Shown here piece by piece: positions 1 to 8,966 of a stretch of DNA of 29,313 bases (positions are counted from its first letter, which is position 1; every line of letters begins with the position of its first letter). Under the pieces are notes generated by a model. It was not told the origin of the DNA, made no database searches, and saw only the letters and a list, made by a program, of their open reading frames with translations. The stretch covers positions 1-29,313 of the forward strand of contig JAZDIV010000012.1 in assembly GCA_043804695.1 (NCBI GenBank), written 5' to 3'. The position numbers and the translations under genes were made by a program. The DNA comes from PVC group bacterium (GTDB taxonomy: Bacteria; Auribacterota; Erginobacteria; Erginobacterales; Erginobacteraceae).

Positions 1-142
1 CGGTCCATAATTGTATGGACATGTCATTGCGAGGAGCGAAGCGACGAAGCAATCTCAACTCTATGCACAGCAAGAGATTGCTTCGCTGCGCTCGCAATGA
101 CCGCAATCGTTGATGTAAATACTACAACGGTCGGATTAATAT
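1..142. repeat. REP/REPIN-like palindromic element, family A (GTCATTGCGAG...GAAGCAATCT / AGATTGCTTCG...CTCGCAATGAC), with flanks
   Basis: Inverted arms at 23-56 and 74-101; whole 142 bp recurs inverted at 16383-16524 with 4 mismatches by my count; same arms at 5870, 9633 and 12062. Confidence 0.9.
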
Positions 143-226
143 CAATGACGAACCGGACCCTGCCGTTAGTACGATCCAAGAGCCGCCACGATCGGAGGCC
201 GGGAAAAGATTCTGAAGGAGTGTACG

Positions 227-1576
227 ATGACCACCCTGCAGCTGCCGAAAAAGATACTGAACCCCGCGCTTGAAAAACTGTGTGATGAACTCACTGAAAT
301 CCCGGGCCGCGCGGCAACATACAAGCAGATGGCCCGGATCCTGATCGGGATGGAGTGCCCTCGCCTGGCGGCACGGGTGCTCCGGGCCGGTCTCGCCGAA
401 CTGCCCGACGACCAGGGCCTCCTGGAAAATCTGGCCCGGGTTCAGCAGGCGGGTGGCTACTCTACCGCCGCCACCCGGACCTGGCGACAGGTGAAGAGCC
501 TTTTTCCGGAGAGCTTTCTCGCTTATGAAAAGCTGGAGCGTCTCTATGTCCGCTCCGGCCAGGTAAGCAGGGCGGTCAGCATGTATCACCGGGTCCAGGA
601 AGACGACCCGCTGCAGGAGAAGAGCCTGGAGCGTCTCGTCTTTGTCTGCAAGGAGGCCATGGACGTGCCGGGGACGCTCCGGGCCCTGAAAGAACTGGTG
701 AAGAGATACGGCGTCACCTACCGGCGGAGCCGCGACCTGGGCCGGTTTCATTTCAAGGCCGATCACTTCAAGGAGGCCGCCCGCTGGCTGGAGAAGGCTT
801 TTGCCCTGGGAGAGGGAGACAATGACCTCCGGCTGACCCTGGCTCTGTCGTACGCCCGTCAGAAGAAATACGATCTAGCCCGGAAACAGGTCGATAGTAT
901 CCTGGCCGAGCGGCCGGACTCCTTTGCCGCCCTGATCAATCTCTGCGAGTTCGCGATCGAGGAAGGAGATCTGGAGAAGGCCGGGTCGGTCCTGGACCAG
1001 CTCGAGAATCTGTATTCCGGCAACTCACGCGTGTCTCTGGCTCGCGGAGAGATCGCCCTTCTCAGGGGAGATGCCGCCGTCGCGGAGACGGCTCTCCGCT
1101 CCGGCATCCGGGGGACGGCATATTACTACCGGTGGGAGCTGGAGCGGGGATACCGCCTCCTGGGAACCGTTCTGGCTCGAACCGTCCGGGAAGAAGAAGC
1201 TTCCTTCTGCGGGCTGCTGGCCGCTTCTCTTCATCGTGCTCCCGACGCCTACCAGGCGTTCATCACACTGGCGGAAGATAAGATCGGGCAGCGCGAGGTG
1301 ATGACCGCCGCCCGGGTCCTGAAGGAACTGGCCCGGATGTTCCCCGGCAACTCGCGGGTCATCGTCGCCGAGGCCGAGGTGGATATCTTCATGGGCTATC
1401 CCTCGAAGGCCATCGAGATGCTGAATCGGCAGCTGGAACGGACGCCGGAAAAGTTCATCCGGGACAAGATCAAGGGCTACCGGGTCCTGGGGCGCGCCTA
1501 CAAGAACCTGGGCGACTGGGAAGGGGCCCGGAACAGTTTCCAGCAGGCCGATCTGATCGAAGCCTCCCTCTCCTGA
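227..1576 (+). CDS. Tetratricopeptide-repeat (TPR) protein
   Basis: 449-aa ORF with AAGGAG upstream; repeated helical units such as LGRFHFKADHFKEAARWLEKAF and LGRAYKNLGDWEGARNSFQQA. Confidence 0.8.
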   Translation: MTTLQLPKKILNPALEKLCDELTEIPGRAATYKQMARILIGMECPRLAARVLRAGLAELPDDQGLLENLARVQQAGGYSTAATRTWRQVKSLFPESFLAYEKLERLYVRSGQVSRAVSMYHRVQEDDPLQEKSLERLVFVCKEAMDVPGTLRALKELVKRYGVTYRRSRDLGRFHFKADHFKEAARWLEKAFALGEGDNDLRLTLALSYARQKKYDLARKQVDSILAERPDSFAALINLCEFAIEEGDLEKAGSVLDQLENLYSGNSRVSLARGEIALLRGDAAVAETALRSGIRGTAYYYRWELERGYRLLGTVLARTVREEEASFCGLLAASLHRAPDAYQAFITLAEDKIGQREVMTAARVLKELARMFPGNSRVIVAEAEVDIFMGYPSKAIEMLNRQLERTPEKFIRDKIKGYRVLGRAYKNLGDWEGARNSFQQADLIEASLS

Positions 1577-1580
1577 ATTG

Positions 1581-1621
1581 CTTATTTAACAAAACAGGTA
1601 AAGCGTTATTTGTTAAATAAG
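1581..1621. promoter_or_regulatory. 13-bp perfect inverted repeat upstream of mutM
   Basis: CTTATTTAACAAA (1581-1593) and TTTGTTAAATAAG (1609-1621), 15-nt spacer, ending 7 nt before the ATG. Function unknown. Confidence 0.5.
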
Positions 1622-1628
1622 GATTGAG

Positions 1629-2477
1629 ATGCCCGAGTTGCCGGAAGTCGAGACGATTCGCAGAGAACTCCTCCCCCATCTGCGGGGAAAGATCATCCGG
1701 CGCGTCATCATCCCCCCCGATCCGAAAGGATGCCGTTTGCTCCGGCGCTATTCCTCCCGGGAGGGATTTATCCGTCGGCTGACCGGGAGGAAAATAATCA
1801 ACGTCGAGCGGCGGGCCAAGTACCTTCTTTTTCGCCTGGACGGCGATCGGATCCTGATCGTTCACCTGGGAATGAGCGGCCAGCTGCTTCTCGGCGCCCC
1901 CCGGCGGAAAATTTCGCCGCACACCAGGCTGATCCTGCAGCTCGCCGGCGCCGTCCGCCTCTGCTTTGTCGATCCCCGCAAGTTCGGCGAGGCCTACCTC
2001 TTCTCGGAACAGGACGGTGATCGGCGGGTGAACCCCTTCTCTCTCGGCCCGGAGCCTCTTTCCAGAGGCTACCGCCCGGCGGTTCTGGAGGAAAGTTTGC
2101 GGGGGCGCCGGGGACCGGTCAAAACGGCGCTTCTCGACCAGCAGGTGATCGCCGGGCTGGGAAATATCTACACCGATGAGGCTCTCTTCCGGGCCCGGAT
2201 TCATCCGCGTCGGAAAAGCTCCGGTCTGACCGGAAAGGAGATCGACCGGCTCTTCCGAAGCATCCGGGAAGTGCTGAAAGAGGCGATCCGCCTCCAGGGG
2301 ACCAGCGCGGCTGATCGCCGGTATGTCACTGCCTCCGGAGAACCGGGACGATTCCAGAGCCGCCTCAACGTTTACCAGCGGAAAGGCGAACCGTGTCCCT
2401 GCTGCGGCACCCCCATCGGTACGGAGAAGATCGCCGGCCGGACCGCCCACTTCTGCCCGCGGTGTCAAAAACAGTGA
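1629..2477 (+). CDS. mutM: Formamidopyrimidine-DNA glycosylase (Fpg/MutM)
   Basis: N-terminal MPELPEVE, HLGMSG, H2TH motif IAGLGNIYTDEALF, C-terminal zinc finger CPCCG...FCPRCQ. Confidence 0.97.
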   Translation: MPELPEVETIRRELLPHLRGKIIRRVIIPPDPKGCRLLRRYSSREGFIRRLTGRKIINVERRAKYLLFRLDGDRILIVHLGMSGQLLLGAPRRKISPHTRLILQLAGAVRLCFVDPRKFGEAYLFSEQDGDRRVNPFSLGPEPLSRGYRPAVLEESLRGRRGPVKTALLDQQVIAGLGNIYTDEALFRARIHPRRKSSGLTGKEIDRLFRSIREVLKEAIRLQGTSAADRRYVTASGEPGRFQSRLNVYQRKGEPCPCCGTPIGTEKIAGRTAHFCPRCQKQ

Positions 2478-2546
2478 TCAGTAATCGGTAATCAGTGTTC
2501 GGTAAGGGGGCCACTGATTACTGATCACCGATTACCGATTACTGTT
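2470..2546. terminator. Long imperfect hairpin built from 7-bp tandem repeats between convergent genes
   Basis: Left arm of CRGTRAT-type heptamers (2470-2503) pairs with right arm ACTGATT/ACCGATT heptamers (2513-2546); spans the mutM and mog stop codons. Confidence 0.6.
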
Positions 2547-3039
2547 AATCATGTCCTTCCCCGGCGATCATGTCCAGGGCGTGAAGAAGAATCCCGGAAA
2601 TCGCCCCCATCGACTCCCGGACGGCGCCGGGAGAGCCGGGGAGGTTGATGATCAGGCTCCTCCCCCGGATCCCGGCCACCCCCCGGGAGAGGTACGCCCG
2701 CAATGTCTTCTTTCCCCCTTCCGCCCGCATCAGCTCCGGGATGCCGGGGATGAGCCGGTCGCAGAGGAAGCCTGTCTCCTCGGGTGTGATGTCGGATGGT
2801 CCGGGTCCGGTACCCCCGGTCGTCAGGACGAGATTCGCCCTGCGCTCATTGCAGAAAAAGAGCAGTTTCTCCCGGATGGCCTCGCTGTCATCGGGGACCA
2901 GCCCGGTCGCGATCACTTCGATCCCGATCTCCCGGCAGATTGCCTGTACCGTCGGCCCGCTGGCGTCTTCCCGCTCCCCCTTCGCGCAGCTGGTGGAGAC
3001 CGTGAGGACCGCGGCGGTATATTTATTTTTTCCAGTCAC
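2545..3039 (-). CDS. mog: Molybdopterin adenylyltransferase (MogA/MoaB family)
   Basis: LTVS...REDASGP, LVLTTGGTG, DITPEET, SRGVAGIRG, INLPGSPGAV; adjacent to moaC. Confidence 0.92.
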   Translation of the reverse strand: MTGKNKYTAAVLTVSTSCAKGEREDASGPTVQAICREIGIEVIATGLVPDDSEAIREKLLFFCNERRANLVLTTGGTGPGPSDITPEETGFLCDRLIPGIPELMRAEGGKKTLRAYLSRGVAGIRGRSLIINLPGSPGAVRESMGAISGILLHALDMIAGEGHD

Positions 3040-3511
3040 CGCTTTTACCTCCCGATTTTTTCAACAGTTCGATGTCGGTTATCACCATTGTCTTGTCGAC
3101 GGGTTTCAGCATATCGTAGATCGTAAGCAGCGCCGCGGCGGTGCCGACCAGCGCCTCCATCTCGACGCCGGTCCGGTTCTCGGTTTTAACTGTTGTCGTC
3201 ACCGATATCGCGTTCGCTTCCATCCGGAAGCGGATGTCACAGTGAGTGATGTTTAGGCTGTGGCACATCGGGATCAGGAAGGGTGTCTGTTTGGCCGCCT
3301 GTATCCCCGCGATTTTGGAGACGGTGAAGATATCGCCCTTGGGGGTCTTTCCGGACCTGATCAGAGCGATCGTCTCTTCTTTGATCAGGATCTTCCCGGC
3401 TGCTTCCGCCGTCCGCGGGGTGAGTGTCTTCCCGGAGACGTCGATCATCCTCAGATTCCCGTCTTCAGACCAATGGGACGGCCTGGCCGGAATTCCTTGA
3501 TTTTGACTCAT
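3023..3511 (-). CDS. moaC: Cyclic pyranopterin monophosphate synthase MoaC
   Basis: MIDVSGK, LIPMCH, TGVEMEAL, TIYDMLK, KSGGKSG; GAGG upstream. Confidence 0.96.
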   Translation of the reverse strand: MSQNQGIPARPSHWSEDGNLRMIDVSGKTLTPRTAEAAGKILIKEETIALIRSGKTPKGDIFTVSKIAGIQAAKQTPFLIPMCHSLNITHCDIRFRMEANAISVTTTVKTENRTGVEMEALVGTAAALLTIYDMLKPVDKTMVITDIELLKKSGGKSGDWKK

Positions 3512-3539
3512 CTTTTCCTCCTTGTTTTATCTTTTCAGT

Positions 3540-4193
3540 TTAATTCTCTTTAGCGCTGCTCCACGGCCAATCTTCTGGTTTGTTCGCAAGTCCGGCGTTC
3601 ACGGGATTCATATTAATATAGTTCTTCATGACCTCAAAATGCCGTTGATCGCGGATGAACCGATCCCAATACTCCCGTTGCCACACCCGGGAGTCATGCC
3701 GGAAGTGTTGCATCTGGGAGCGCCGCACCCCAGTGCGGCGGACATATTCATTAATGAACCGTGCCGTATAATTCTTCCAGGAGAGCACGATTTTCCCCAA
3801 AGGGCAACCATCCAGCGGTTCAATCAGTATATGGCAATGATTCGGCATAACCACCCACTCCAGGAGGCGGTAGCGTTCTCCGTCGAATCGCAGCCATGTA
3901 TCCACCACACACGCGGCAACTTCCGGTTCCCGCAAGACGCAGGAGCCATGACCATTGTCAAGATAGGCCTCGACCCGGCGCCGCAGTTCAGTTTTGAGTT
4001 CCTCATCATCCCCCCCCGTTGCCGCCGCTTTGGACTGCATTTGCTCCAGCACCGCCCGAGGTAGGGAATCGGCCAGGCGATAAGTGATGTGCTGGATAAG
4101 ATGGGGCGAATCAAAGTGGGGAAGGTATCCCCGCGAGTACCATCCTCGATGCTCTCTGAGGGCGTGTTCCGGAGATTTTTTCGCTTTGGTCAT
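3540..4193 (-). mobile_element. REP-associated tyrosine transposase (RAYT; IS200-like Y1 HUH family)
   Basis: RGYLPHFD, ITYRLADSLP, HUH motif VVMPNHCH, WQREYWDRFIRD, YINMNPV, WPWSS; REP-like hairpins upstream and inside. Confidence 0.9.
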
Positions 4194-4247
4194 TGTGGCA
4201 ACTATAACCTCCGAGCTGGCGCTTTATTTACCGTAACTCTCTTAGCT

Positions 4248-4290
4248 GCCGCACTGGGGTGCGGCGCTCCCAGGTGCGGCGCTCCCAGGT
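4248..4290. repeat. REP-like hairpin upstream of the RAYT with a tandem 15-bp duplication
   Basis: GCCGCACTGGGGTGCGGCGCTCCCAG (4248-4273), exact reverse complement of 3714-3739; GTGCGGCGCTCCCAG at 4259-4273 and 4274-4288. Confidence 0.85.
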
Positions 4291-5222
4291 CAACCCCCAA
4301 TCTCCGCCATCGTCTCGAGATTTTTCTTGATCGCCGGCTCCAGCGACTTATGCTGAATAACCTCCGTCAGCCACCGTTTCACCGTCTCATCGTCCGGGTT
4401 TGCCCGCAGGATGTCCCTCAGGTTGAAGTCGCTTTTTTCGAAGACGCATAACTTCAGTTCGCCGTTGGCCTTGAGCCTGATCTTGCTGCAGGTGCCGCAG
4501 AAGTGGCGGGTAATCGGGGTGATAAACCCGACCCGTCCACCCTGCCCGGTCAATGAGTGATACTCGGAGACGGAGTTGTGGATCCGGTAGCCCTCCGGCT
4601 CTATGATTCCCTCCCGGATCAATTGCTCCCTGATCCCGGACAGGGAAGAGAACTCCGGTCCCCCGGAGGCGAAGTCCATCTTCTCGATGAATCTGACCGT
4701 GGCCCGGTGCTCACCGGCGAAACGGATGAAGTCAACGATCTCGTCCTCGTTGAAGTCCTTGATGACGACGACATTGATCTTCAGGTTGTCGACCCGGATC
4801 CGTTTCAGGTTCTCGAGAAAGACCGGCAATTCCCCCCACCGGGTGATGTGCCGGTATCGTTCGGGCCTGAGGGAGTCGCAGCTTACGTTGAGCCCGGCTA
4901 TTTTGAGCCGGTTGATCCGTTCCATCTCCAGGTCCGCGATCGCCAGGTTGGTGGTGATGTGGTAATCGCCTGCTGGCAGTCCCTCGAAGAAATCCAGTAC
5001 CCCCTTCCGGAGGAAGGGTTCCCCCCCGGTGAAGCGGAACTTGGTGATGTCCAGTTCCCGGCAGATACGCAGCACCCGCCGGATCTCCTCAAAACGTAAA
5101 ATATCCCGGTGCCGGAACTTTTTCACGCCCTCTCCCGGCATGCAGTACCGGCAGCGCAGGTTGCACCGGTCGGTCAGGGATATCCTCAGGTAATCGATGG
5201 TTCTGCCGTACGAATCTTTCAC
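4290..5222 (-). CDS. moaA: GTP 3',8-cyclase MoaA (radical SAM)
   Basis: DSYGRTIDYLRISLTDRCNLRCRYCMP, TGGEP, second cluster motif FCGTCSKIRL...KLC, C-terminal IGG. Confidence 0.96.
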   Translation of the reverse strand: MKDSYGRTIDYLRISLTDRCNLRCRYCMPGEGVKKFRHRDILRFEEIRRVLRICRELDITKFRFTGGEPFLRKGVLDFFEGLPAGDYHITTNLAIADLEMERINRLKIAGLNVSCDSLRPERYRHITRWGELPVFLENLKRIRVDNLKINVVVIKDFNEDEIVDFIRFAGEHRATVRFIEKMDFASGGPEFSSLSGIREQLIREGIIEPEGYRIHNSVSEYHSLTGQGGRVGFITPITRHFCGTCSKIRLKANGELKLCVFEKSDFNLRDILRANPDDETVKRWLTEVIQHKSLEPAIKKNLETMAEIGG

Positions 5223-5278
5223 AGTATTTTCAGTTTCCTATTCTACGGCCCCGGCCCGGGATTCTGCCCGGGTGACTA

Positions 5279-5734
5279 TTATATCCGGACCCCGATCAAT
5301 CGCACAATGCTGTAAAGAACGGTGGCGATTCCCCAGTAGACAAAAAACCCCCAGTAATACGTGTAATATTTCAGGGGGCCGTTGGCGGGAAAGACGTATT
5401 CACGCTCGGAGAACCAGAGGATAATATTAATATAGACCGAGATGGCCCCTCCCGCCGTCCAGAGAGCGTAGCCCCAGGTCCGGCCCAGCAATACCCCGAT
5501 ACTCCCCGCCAGTATCAGCGGCAACCAGAGGATCAGGTCGGCCCAGGCGGCCCCGAGAGAAAATCGCAGGTGGGTCCGGTCGCGCCAGTCTTCTCCCTTC
5601 CCGATCATGAGGTTGCGGGTTTTTTGGCTCCGGGGGTGCCGGACCATCAGAAGCTGCCCGTAGAGTATCGGGAGGAAGATGGAGACAAGCCCGGAGACGA
5701 CGATTATCCAGGTCACGACCGTAGGTTCAATCAT
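5279..5734 (-). CDS. Hypothetical integral membrane protein (about 4 TM helices)
   Basis: 151-aa ORF with several long hydrophobic stretches; AAGGGG upstream of the ATG. Confidence 0.7.
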   Translation of the reverse strand: MIEPTVVTWIIVVSGLVSIFLPILYGQLLMVRHPRSQKTRNLMIGKGEDWRDRTHLRFSLGAAWADLILWLPLILAGSIGVLLGRTWGYALWTAGGAISVYINIILWFSEREYVFPANGPLKYYTYYWGFFVYWGIATVLYSIVRLIGVRI

Positions 5735-5869
5735 GAGCGCTTCCCCTTATTAAAAGCCATTGTAAAACCACGAAGGACACGAAGAATACGAAGGTATTTA
5801 GACCGGTTTAGTATTATTGTGTGATTCTCTTTCGTTTCGTGTGGGTTGCAAACAATAATCTTAGGAGGT

Positions 5870-5959
5870 GTCATTGCGAAGCCGCAGGCCGAAGCAATCT
5901 CCTTTCATAACATTGGTCTTTATTAGAGATTGCTTCGTCGCTGCGCTCCTCGCAATGAC
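5870..5959. repeat. REP-like palindromic element, family A
   Basis: GTCATTGCGAAGCCGCAGGCCGAAGCAATCTC ... GAGATTGCTTCGTCGCTGCGCTCCTCGCAATGAC. Confidence 0.88.
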
Positions 5960-5996
5960 GGTTTCACCCACACAGAATGGAAGAGAACCTATTATG

Positions 5997-6704
5997 TTAT
6001 TCGATTGTACCCCGGAGGTACGCTTTTCTTTTCGGCTCCGGGAACTTCTCGATCGCGTACCTGAGCATTGTCCGGGACATCCGCCGGTAACAGGTTTTTA
6101 AAAAGGTCTCCTCCATGTCCCGGTCGCGTTTCCCCACCTCGCGGAGCATCCATCCGACCGCCTTGTGAATCAGATCTTCCGGGTCGCCGAGAAGCATCCG
6201 GGCGATTTTCAGTGTTTCGTCGAAACCGCCGCGCTTGATGTAGCAGAACGTGGCCATGATCGCGAGGCGCCGTTCCCACAGCGAGTCGGACCGGGCCAGT
6301 ACATAGAGGGGCGATTTGCTTTTCCCCTCTAAATAATCACCCACGATATGTTCCGCGGAGCTGTCGACCAGGTCCCAGTTGTTGATGCAATCGGTGTGGT
6401 CCAGGTAGAAGCGATATGCCTGCTTTTTTTCACTGTCGGTGCCTTCGGCATACCTGCGGACCAGCAGCAGGAGCGCCAGCAGCCGGTCCTCGTGAAAAGG
6501 GGAAGTCAGCAGCCGCTCAATATCGGGGAGTGGCGTATCCCGATGTTGTTTCGCCAGTTTTCTCAGCGCGGGAACCCGGATGCCCCGGAAAAGATCCCCC
6601 GCTCCGTAGTCACTGGGACCGGTTTTAAAGAATCTCTGAAGAGCGACCGCTCTTTCCGGGTCGGATAAACGCCGCAGTTCTTTCTGGATGCTCTCCGAGA
6701 TCAT
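5997..6704 (-). CDS. DNA alkylation repair protein (AlkD-like HEAT-repeat glycosylase)
   Basis: FFKTGP..YGAGD.FRGIRVP, INNWDLVDSSA, LWERRLAI, DLIHKAVGWMLREVGKR, RTMLRYAIEKF. Confidence 0.92.
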   Translation of the reverse strand: MISESIQKELRRLSDPERAVALQRFFKTGPSDYGAGDLFRGIRVPALRKLAKQHRDTPLPDIERLLTSPFHEDRLLALLLLVRRYAEGTDSEKKQAYRFYLDHTDCINNWDLVDSSAEHIVGDYLEGKSKSPLYVLARSDSLWERRLAIMATFCYIKRGGFDETLKIARMLLGDPEDLIHKAVGWMLREVGKRDRDMEETFLKTCYRRMSRTMLRYAIEKFPEPKRKAYLRGTIE

Positions 6705-6756
6705 TACTCGGACAGGCTCCTAGGCCCAAATTAAACGAACTCTGAGGTTTAATACC

Positions 6757-6777
6757 CCTGCCGCTTTATGCGGCAGG
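6757..6777. terminator. GC-rich hairpin downstream of msrAB (terminator or small repeat)
   Basis: CCTGCCGC-TTTAT-GCGGCAGG, 8-bp stem; no clear U tract. Confidence 0.4.
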
Positions 6778-6833
6778 TGAACGCGACCGTTACGTACAAA
6801 TAACTGAATCCACGTAAAAAGGACGAGAACCCC

Positions 6834-7895
6834 TTACTTAAAAAGATCGAGATATTCGCCGTATCCTTCTTTTTTCAGGTCCTCTTTGGGGATAAAGCGG
6901 AGCGAGGCGGAGTTGATGCAGTAGCGCATCCCGGTCGGCGCCGGTCCGTCGTTAAAGACATGTCCCAGGTGGGAGTCGACTTTTATGCTCCGAACCTCCG
7001 TTCGGACCGAAAAGAGACTCCGGTCTTCCATTTCCCTGATGTTGTCCGGCTGGAGGGGCCTGCTGAAACTTGGCCAACCGGTCCCGGAGTCGTATTTGTC
7101 GAGGGAGCTGAAGAGCGGCTCCCCGGAGACGATATCGACGTAGATGCCTTCCTTCTTGTTGTTCCAGAACTCGTTGTCGAACGGCCGTTCCGTCCCGCAC
7201 TCCCGGGTGACGACGTACTGGATCGGGGTCAATTTTTTCTTGAGTTCATCGTCAGGCGGTTTTACATACATCTTTTCGGTTTGTACGGCTGTTCCCGCCG
7301 ATTTTTCATCTCCCCATTTCTTCTCCAGGTACTGGACCCGGCCGGATGCCTGCTTGTAGAGGTTGTACCTGACGGGGCATTTCTGGTAGTACTTCTGGTG
7401 GTAGTCCTCGGCCGGGAAGAATGGTGAGGCCGGAACGATCGCGGTCACGATCCCTTTCTCGTATTTCCCGGACCTCATCAGTGTGTCCCTTGATCTCTCT
7501 GCCTCTTTCTTCTGTTCCTCGTCGTGGTAGAAGACGGCCGTCCGGTATTGGCTGCCGCGGTCGGCGAACTGGCCGCCGGGGTCCGTCGGGTCGATCTGCC
7601 TCCAGAAGACGTCGAGCAGGCGCTGGTAGGATATCCGGGAGAGGTCGTAGGTCACCCGGACCACCTCTGCGTGGCCGGTCTCGCCGGAGCATACCTCCTG
7701 ATAGGTCGGGTTATCTTTATGCCCTCCCGTGTATCCGGGGACGACGTTGAGGACCCCGTCCAGTTCCCGGAAGGGAGGTTCCAAACACCAGAAACAGCCG
7801 CCGGCGAAGGTGGCGGTCTTCGTCTCTGCCTGTGCGGATATGCCGGTTTGCATGAGAAATAATCCTGTCAACAGAAGAATGGTTTTTATTGTCAT
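6834..7895 (-). CDS. msrAB: Bifunctional peptide-methionine sulfoxide reductase MsrA-MsrB with N-terminal signal peptide
   Basis: Msr[28 protein letters not shown]; Msr[26 protein letters not shown]. Start taken at ATG 7895, giving [23 protein letters not shown]; the ORF track extends to 7931. Confidence 0.95.
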   Translation of the reverse strand: MTIKTILLLTGLFLMQTGISAQAETKTATFAGGCFWCLEPPFRELDGVLNVVPGYTGGHKDNPTYQEVCSGETGHAEVVRVTYDLSRISYQRLLDVFWRQIDPTDPGGQFADRGSQYRTAVFYHDEEQKKEAERSRDTLMRSGKYEKGIVTAIVPASPFFPAEDYHQKYYQKCPVRYNLYKQASGRVQYLEKKWGDEKSAGTAVQTEKMYVKPPDDELKKKLTPIQYVVTRECGTERPFDNEFWNNKKEGIYVDIVSGEPLFSSLDKYDSGTGWPSFSRPLQPDNIREMEDRSLFSVRTEVRSIKVDSHLGHVFNDGPAPTGMRYCINSASLRFIPKEDLKKEGYGEYLDLFK

Positions 7896-7943
7896 CAGTT
7901 GGTGTTCACGGGGTCGATGACGCACAGGCATTCCCGGTTTCAG

Positions 7944-8171
7944 TTACCGTTTGCCGTCCCAGAACCGTTTCAGCATCCGGCCGATCGCCAGGGCGACCCA
8001 CTGCCTGTTCTCCCGGTACCCGGTTTTCTCATAGTGAGTCGGCCAGAGAGCGTCAACCGGCCCCGGGTCTTCGCCGAGCAGATCCCGCTTGACGAAGTAA
8101 ACCAGCGCTTCGTTTCTTGTGTCGAGAAGGGACGGCAGGGGATCATACTGGAGGTGTTTGATCCAGTTCAT
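7944..8171 (-). pseudogene. Probable internally deleted remnant of a larger conserved protein (prenyltransferase/squalene-oxidase-repeat-like)
   Basis: 75 aa; MNWIKHLQYDPLPSLL...YFVKRDLLGE reads like the N-terminus and WVALAIGRMLKRF like the C-terminus of a roughly 300-aa family recalled from memory. Confidence 0.45.
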
Positions 8172-8763
8172 CAGGGGGAAAATACCGGTTGACAGCGTTA
8201 GTGACCTCCTCCAGCCATCCCCGTCGTTCTCCGGGGGTGCTGGTGACCACGACCGTGAACATCCGGCGATAAAATAGGGGAACCCCGCAGAGATCGAAGA
8301 TGCAGTTCTTCCAGAGAAGCTGCAGGGGATCGCCGAACACCTTCTCTTCCCTCCCGGGAGGGGTATTCGACGTGTTGAAGACAAGCGCGGCCCGGGCTTT
8401 CAGAAGCCCGAGGGGGACGCCCTCGCCGCTGTCTCCGTCGAGGAAGCGGTAAGCGACTCTGGGGCGTATAACGCGGTCTATCCAGCCTTTCAGAATGGCC
8501 GGCGGCTGGCCCCACCAGTTCGGGTGGACGATGATGATGCCGTCCGCGGCCCCGATCTGCCGGCAATGAGTCGCGATCGCCTGCGGAAGCCGTGCGTGAT
8601 CGGGGATCTCCCGGGCGGGAAGGACCGGGTCGAACCGTTCGGCGTAAAGGTCGTGCAAGGAAACCTCATGGCCGTTAGCCCGGGCCCGGGCGGCCGCGGT
8701 CCGGACGATCGCGTGGTTGAAACTCTTTTCGTCCGGGTGAGCCAGTATTATTGATGCTTTCAT
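8143..8763 (-). CDS. NAD(P)H-dependent oxidoreductase, flavodoxin-like fold (Flavodoxin_2; MdaB/KefF-like)
   Basis: IILAHPDEKSFNHAI, HDLYAERFDP, HPNWWGQPPAILKGWIDRV. Confidence 0.92.
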   Translation of the reverse strand: MKASIILAHPDEKSFNHAIVRTAAARARANGHEVSLHDLYAERFDPVLPAREIPDHARLPQAIATHCRQIGAADGIIIVHPNWWGQPPAILKGWIDRVIRPRVAYRFLDGDSGEGVPLGLLKARAALVFNTSNTPPGREEKVFGDPLQLLWKNCIFDLCGVPLFYRRMFTVVVTSTPGERRGWLEEVTNAVNRYFPPDELDQTPPV

Positions 8764-8786
8764 TAGAACTTAGCCCTCACTTCGTT

Positions 8787-8918
8787 CGGGCAACGTTCGG
8801 GTTAAAAGGTTGCGGTTGCGCGGCTCGAATCGGTTGCGTGGAACGGTTGCGGAACCAAGTCGCCCGCAACCCTACCCCGTTCAACGTTTCGAGCTGCGTA
8901 ACCGATCAACGTTACCCG
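8787..8918. repeat. Long imperfect inverted repeat with internal GGTTGCG repeats
   Basis: Three nested stems: CGGGCAACGTT/AACGTTACCCG, GGTTGCGCGGCTCGAA/TTCGAGCTGCGTAACC, GGTTGCGG/CCGCAACC. Confidence 0.65.
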
Positions 8919-8966
8919 GGAATTTCAATCTATTGAAATTCCGAAGCATTAAATTACTCCCGCAGT

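Noticed and set aside
1470..2468. Long antisense or alternate-frame ORFs (e.g. 122-766, 1470-2468, 16710-17774, 19885-21321, 21245-22099, 26352-27287, 27910-28833, 28158-29030)
   Set aside because: They overlap well-supported genes and lack motifs; expected shadow ORFs in GC-rich DNA.
4190..5300. Moco riboswitch or ModE box near the moa genes
   Set aside because: The spacers are short and I could not see a convincing match by eye; an Rfam scan would be needed.
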